A stretch of 63,821 nt of DNA, filler included, from Rhabdomonas costata (taxonomy: Eukaryota), in the NCBI GenBank assembly GCA_019059605.1. It is 28 parts of 28 records of this genome, joined end to end, with 100 filler letters (N's around TTAATTAATTAA, not from the genome) between each part and the next. Parts side by side here need not be neighbours in the genome. Positions count along the whole stretch, not along the records: positions 61,643 to 63,821 come from JAHMHO010005033.1; 27 more parts are not named here. One strand, 5' to 3'. Below are positions 62,785 to 63,821 of this stretch, one piece after another. A model generated the notes under the pieces. It saw nothing but the letters and a program-made list of their open reading frames with translations, searched no databases and was not told the origin of the DNA. Position numbers and translations under genes: made by a program. How positions within the stretch are numbered: position 1 is the first letter of the stretch; every line of letters begins with the position of its first letter.

Positions 62785-63821
62785 CACGCTGCTCGGGTCG
62801 GAGGAGTCCTGGGAGGGAGCAGCACAATCTCGCCCCTTTCATCTCAAAAGCGAGAAGTGAATTTCCTTTTTCACAACACCAATGTTCCAAATCTATCGTT
62901 CTCATAAAAAGTGAGACGATGCGCGCACCCCTCTGAGCAAACGTCTCGGAAAAACGAAAAGCCCCTTCGTGTACCGCTTGATGTTGGTTGACCGTATGCA
63001 AGACAGTAGCACGTTGTATGCATCAACACCCTTCCCATGCAACAAACGGGGTAAGCTCTTCGTAAAGCGTCGTCGAGATAGAATTCGGACAGCACTTGGT
63101 GTGGCCGCCGATAAAAGCGAGAAGCGCAGTATAATCCGCATGACATCACATACTTGGAAGGTTCTGCCATTCCCCAAACCCCCCGGGGACCGTCAAAAAA
63201 ACACAGTTGATAAATAACACGCAAATTGGGGGGGGGGGCAGAGATCCAATCTGTTGGGACAAATGGCATACGGGCATTACAACAAAGACTGCCCCGGGCA
63301 GGTTCAAGGACAGACTCATTTTTGGCTTATGGTCTCATTGACGGTACTGCTGTAACGGTACTTAACATTCAATAGATCAGAAGGCATAATAAAAATAGAA
63401 TAAAAGGACATGTATAATCCATTTCATAAAAAGTTAGCCCCGCGCCCTTTATTGTTCCCTCAAGCAGCTTTGGTCAAAATCCTTTGAGCCCATTCATGGA
63501 CCACGAACATCATTCAAGGCTTCCCAAAAAGACGTCACGTTTCTGGGCTTCGCCGTCGCGAACTTTCCGGGATGATGGAAACCAACACGAATTTCAAGGG
63601 TTCACTCCAAAACGCTTTCGGTGTAAGGTGAGCAGCTCATCCTTCATCCAGGAAACGGTAAAACGGAGGACGACCCGTCATGAAAGATGGCGCCCACGGC
63701 ACCAGTCCAGAGCGGCCCGCAAGGGCGGCTGTCATGATTGTTACTGGAAGCGTCCCGGGAAAAGGAGAGAGAGGGAATAAATGAAATGCCAGCCTGACAA
63801 AAGGGCAACAAAACCCCAAAC

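Overview
This window is not one locus. It is 28 unrelated ~2.18-kb contigs of a fragmented eukaryotic assembly, joined by 100-bp N44-TTAATTAATTAA-N44 linkers, so no synteny can be read across linkers. Contig ends carry G/T-only primer remnants and fold-back inversions typical of whole-genome amplification. The DNA is intron-rich with short exons, so most ORFs in the track are spurious and genes were rebuilt exon by exon by eye. Recognisable gene fragments: Clu-domain protein, class I cyclic-nucleotide phosphodiesterase, MCM4, insulysin-like M16 peptidase, malonyl-CoA decarboxylase, polycystin-2-like channel, amidohydrolase, histidine phosphatase, two-pore channel, proteasome subunit PSMB1 and a kinetoplastid-type myosin. 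There are also CRE-like and Tc1/mariner remnants, MITE-like elements and an internal (CCCTAA)18 array. The myosin signature plus high intron density point to a non-kinetoplastid euglenozoan (euglenid or diplonemid; inference). The best leads are a 369-bp intron with no GT-AG ends whose termini base-pair, splitting the AHC|ASEG motif of the amidohydrolase; further GC and GG donors; and a multi-CxxC zinc-ribbon insert with an in-frame TAG in the polycystin channel. All family calls are from remembered motifs, not searches.
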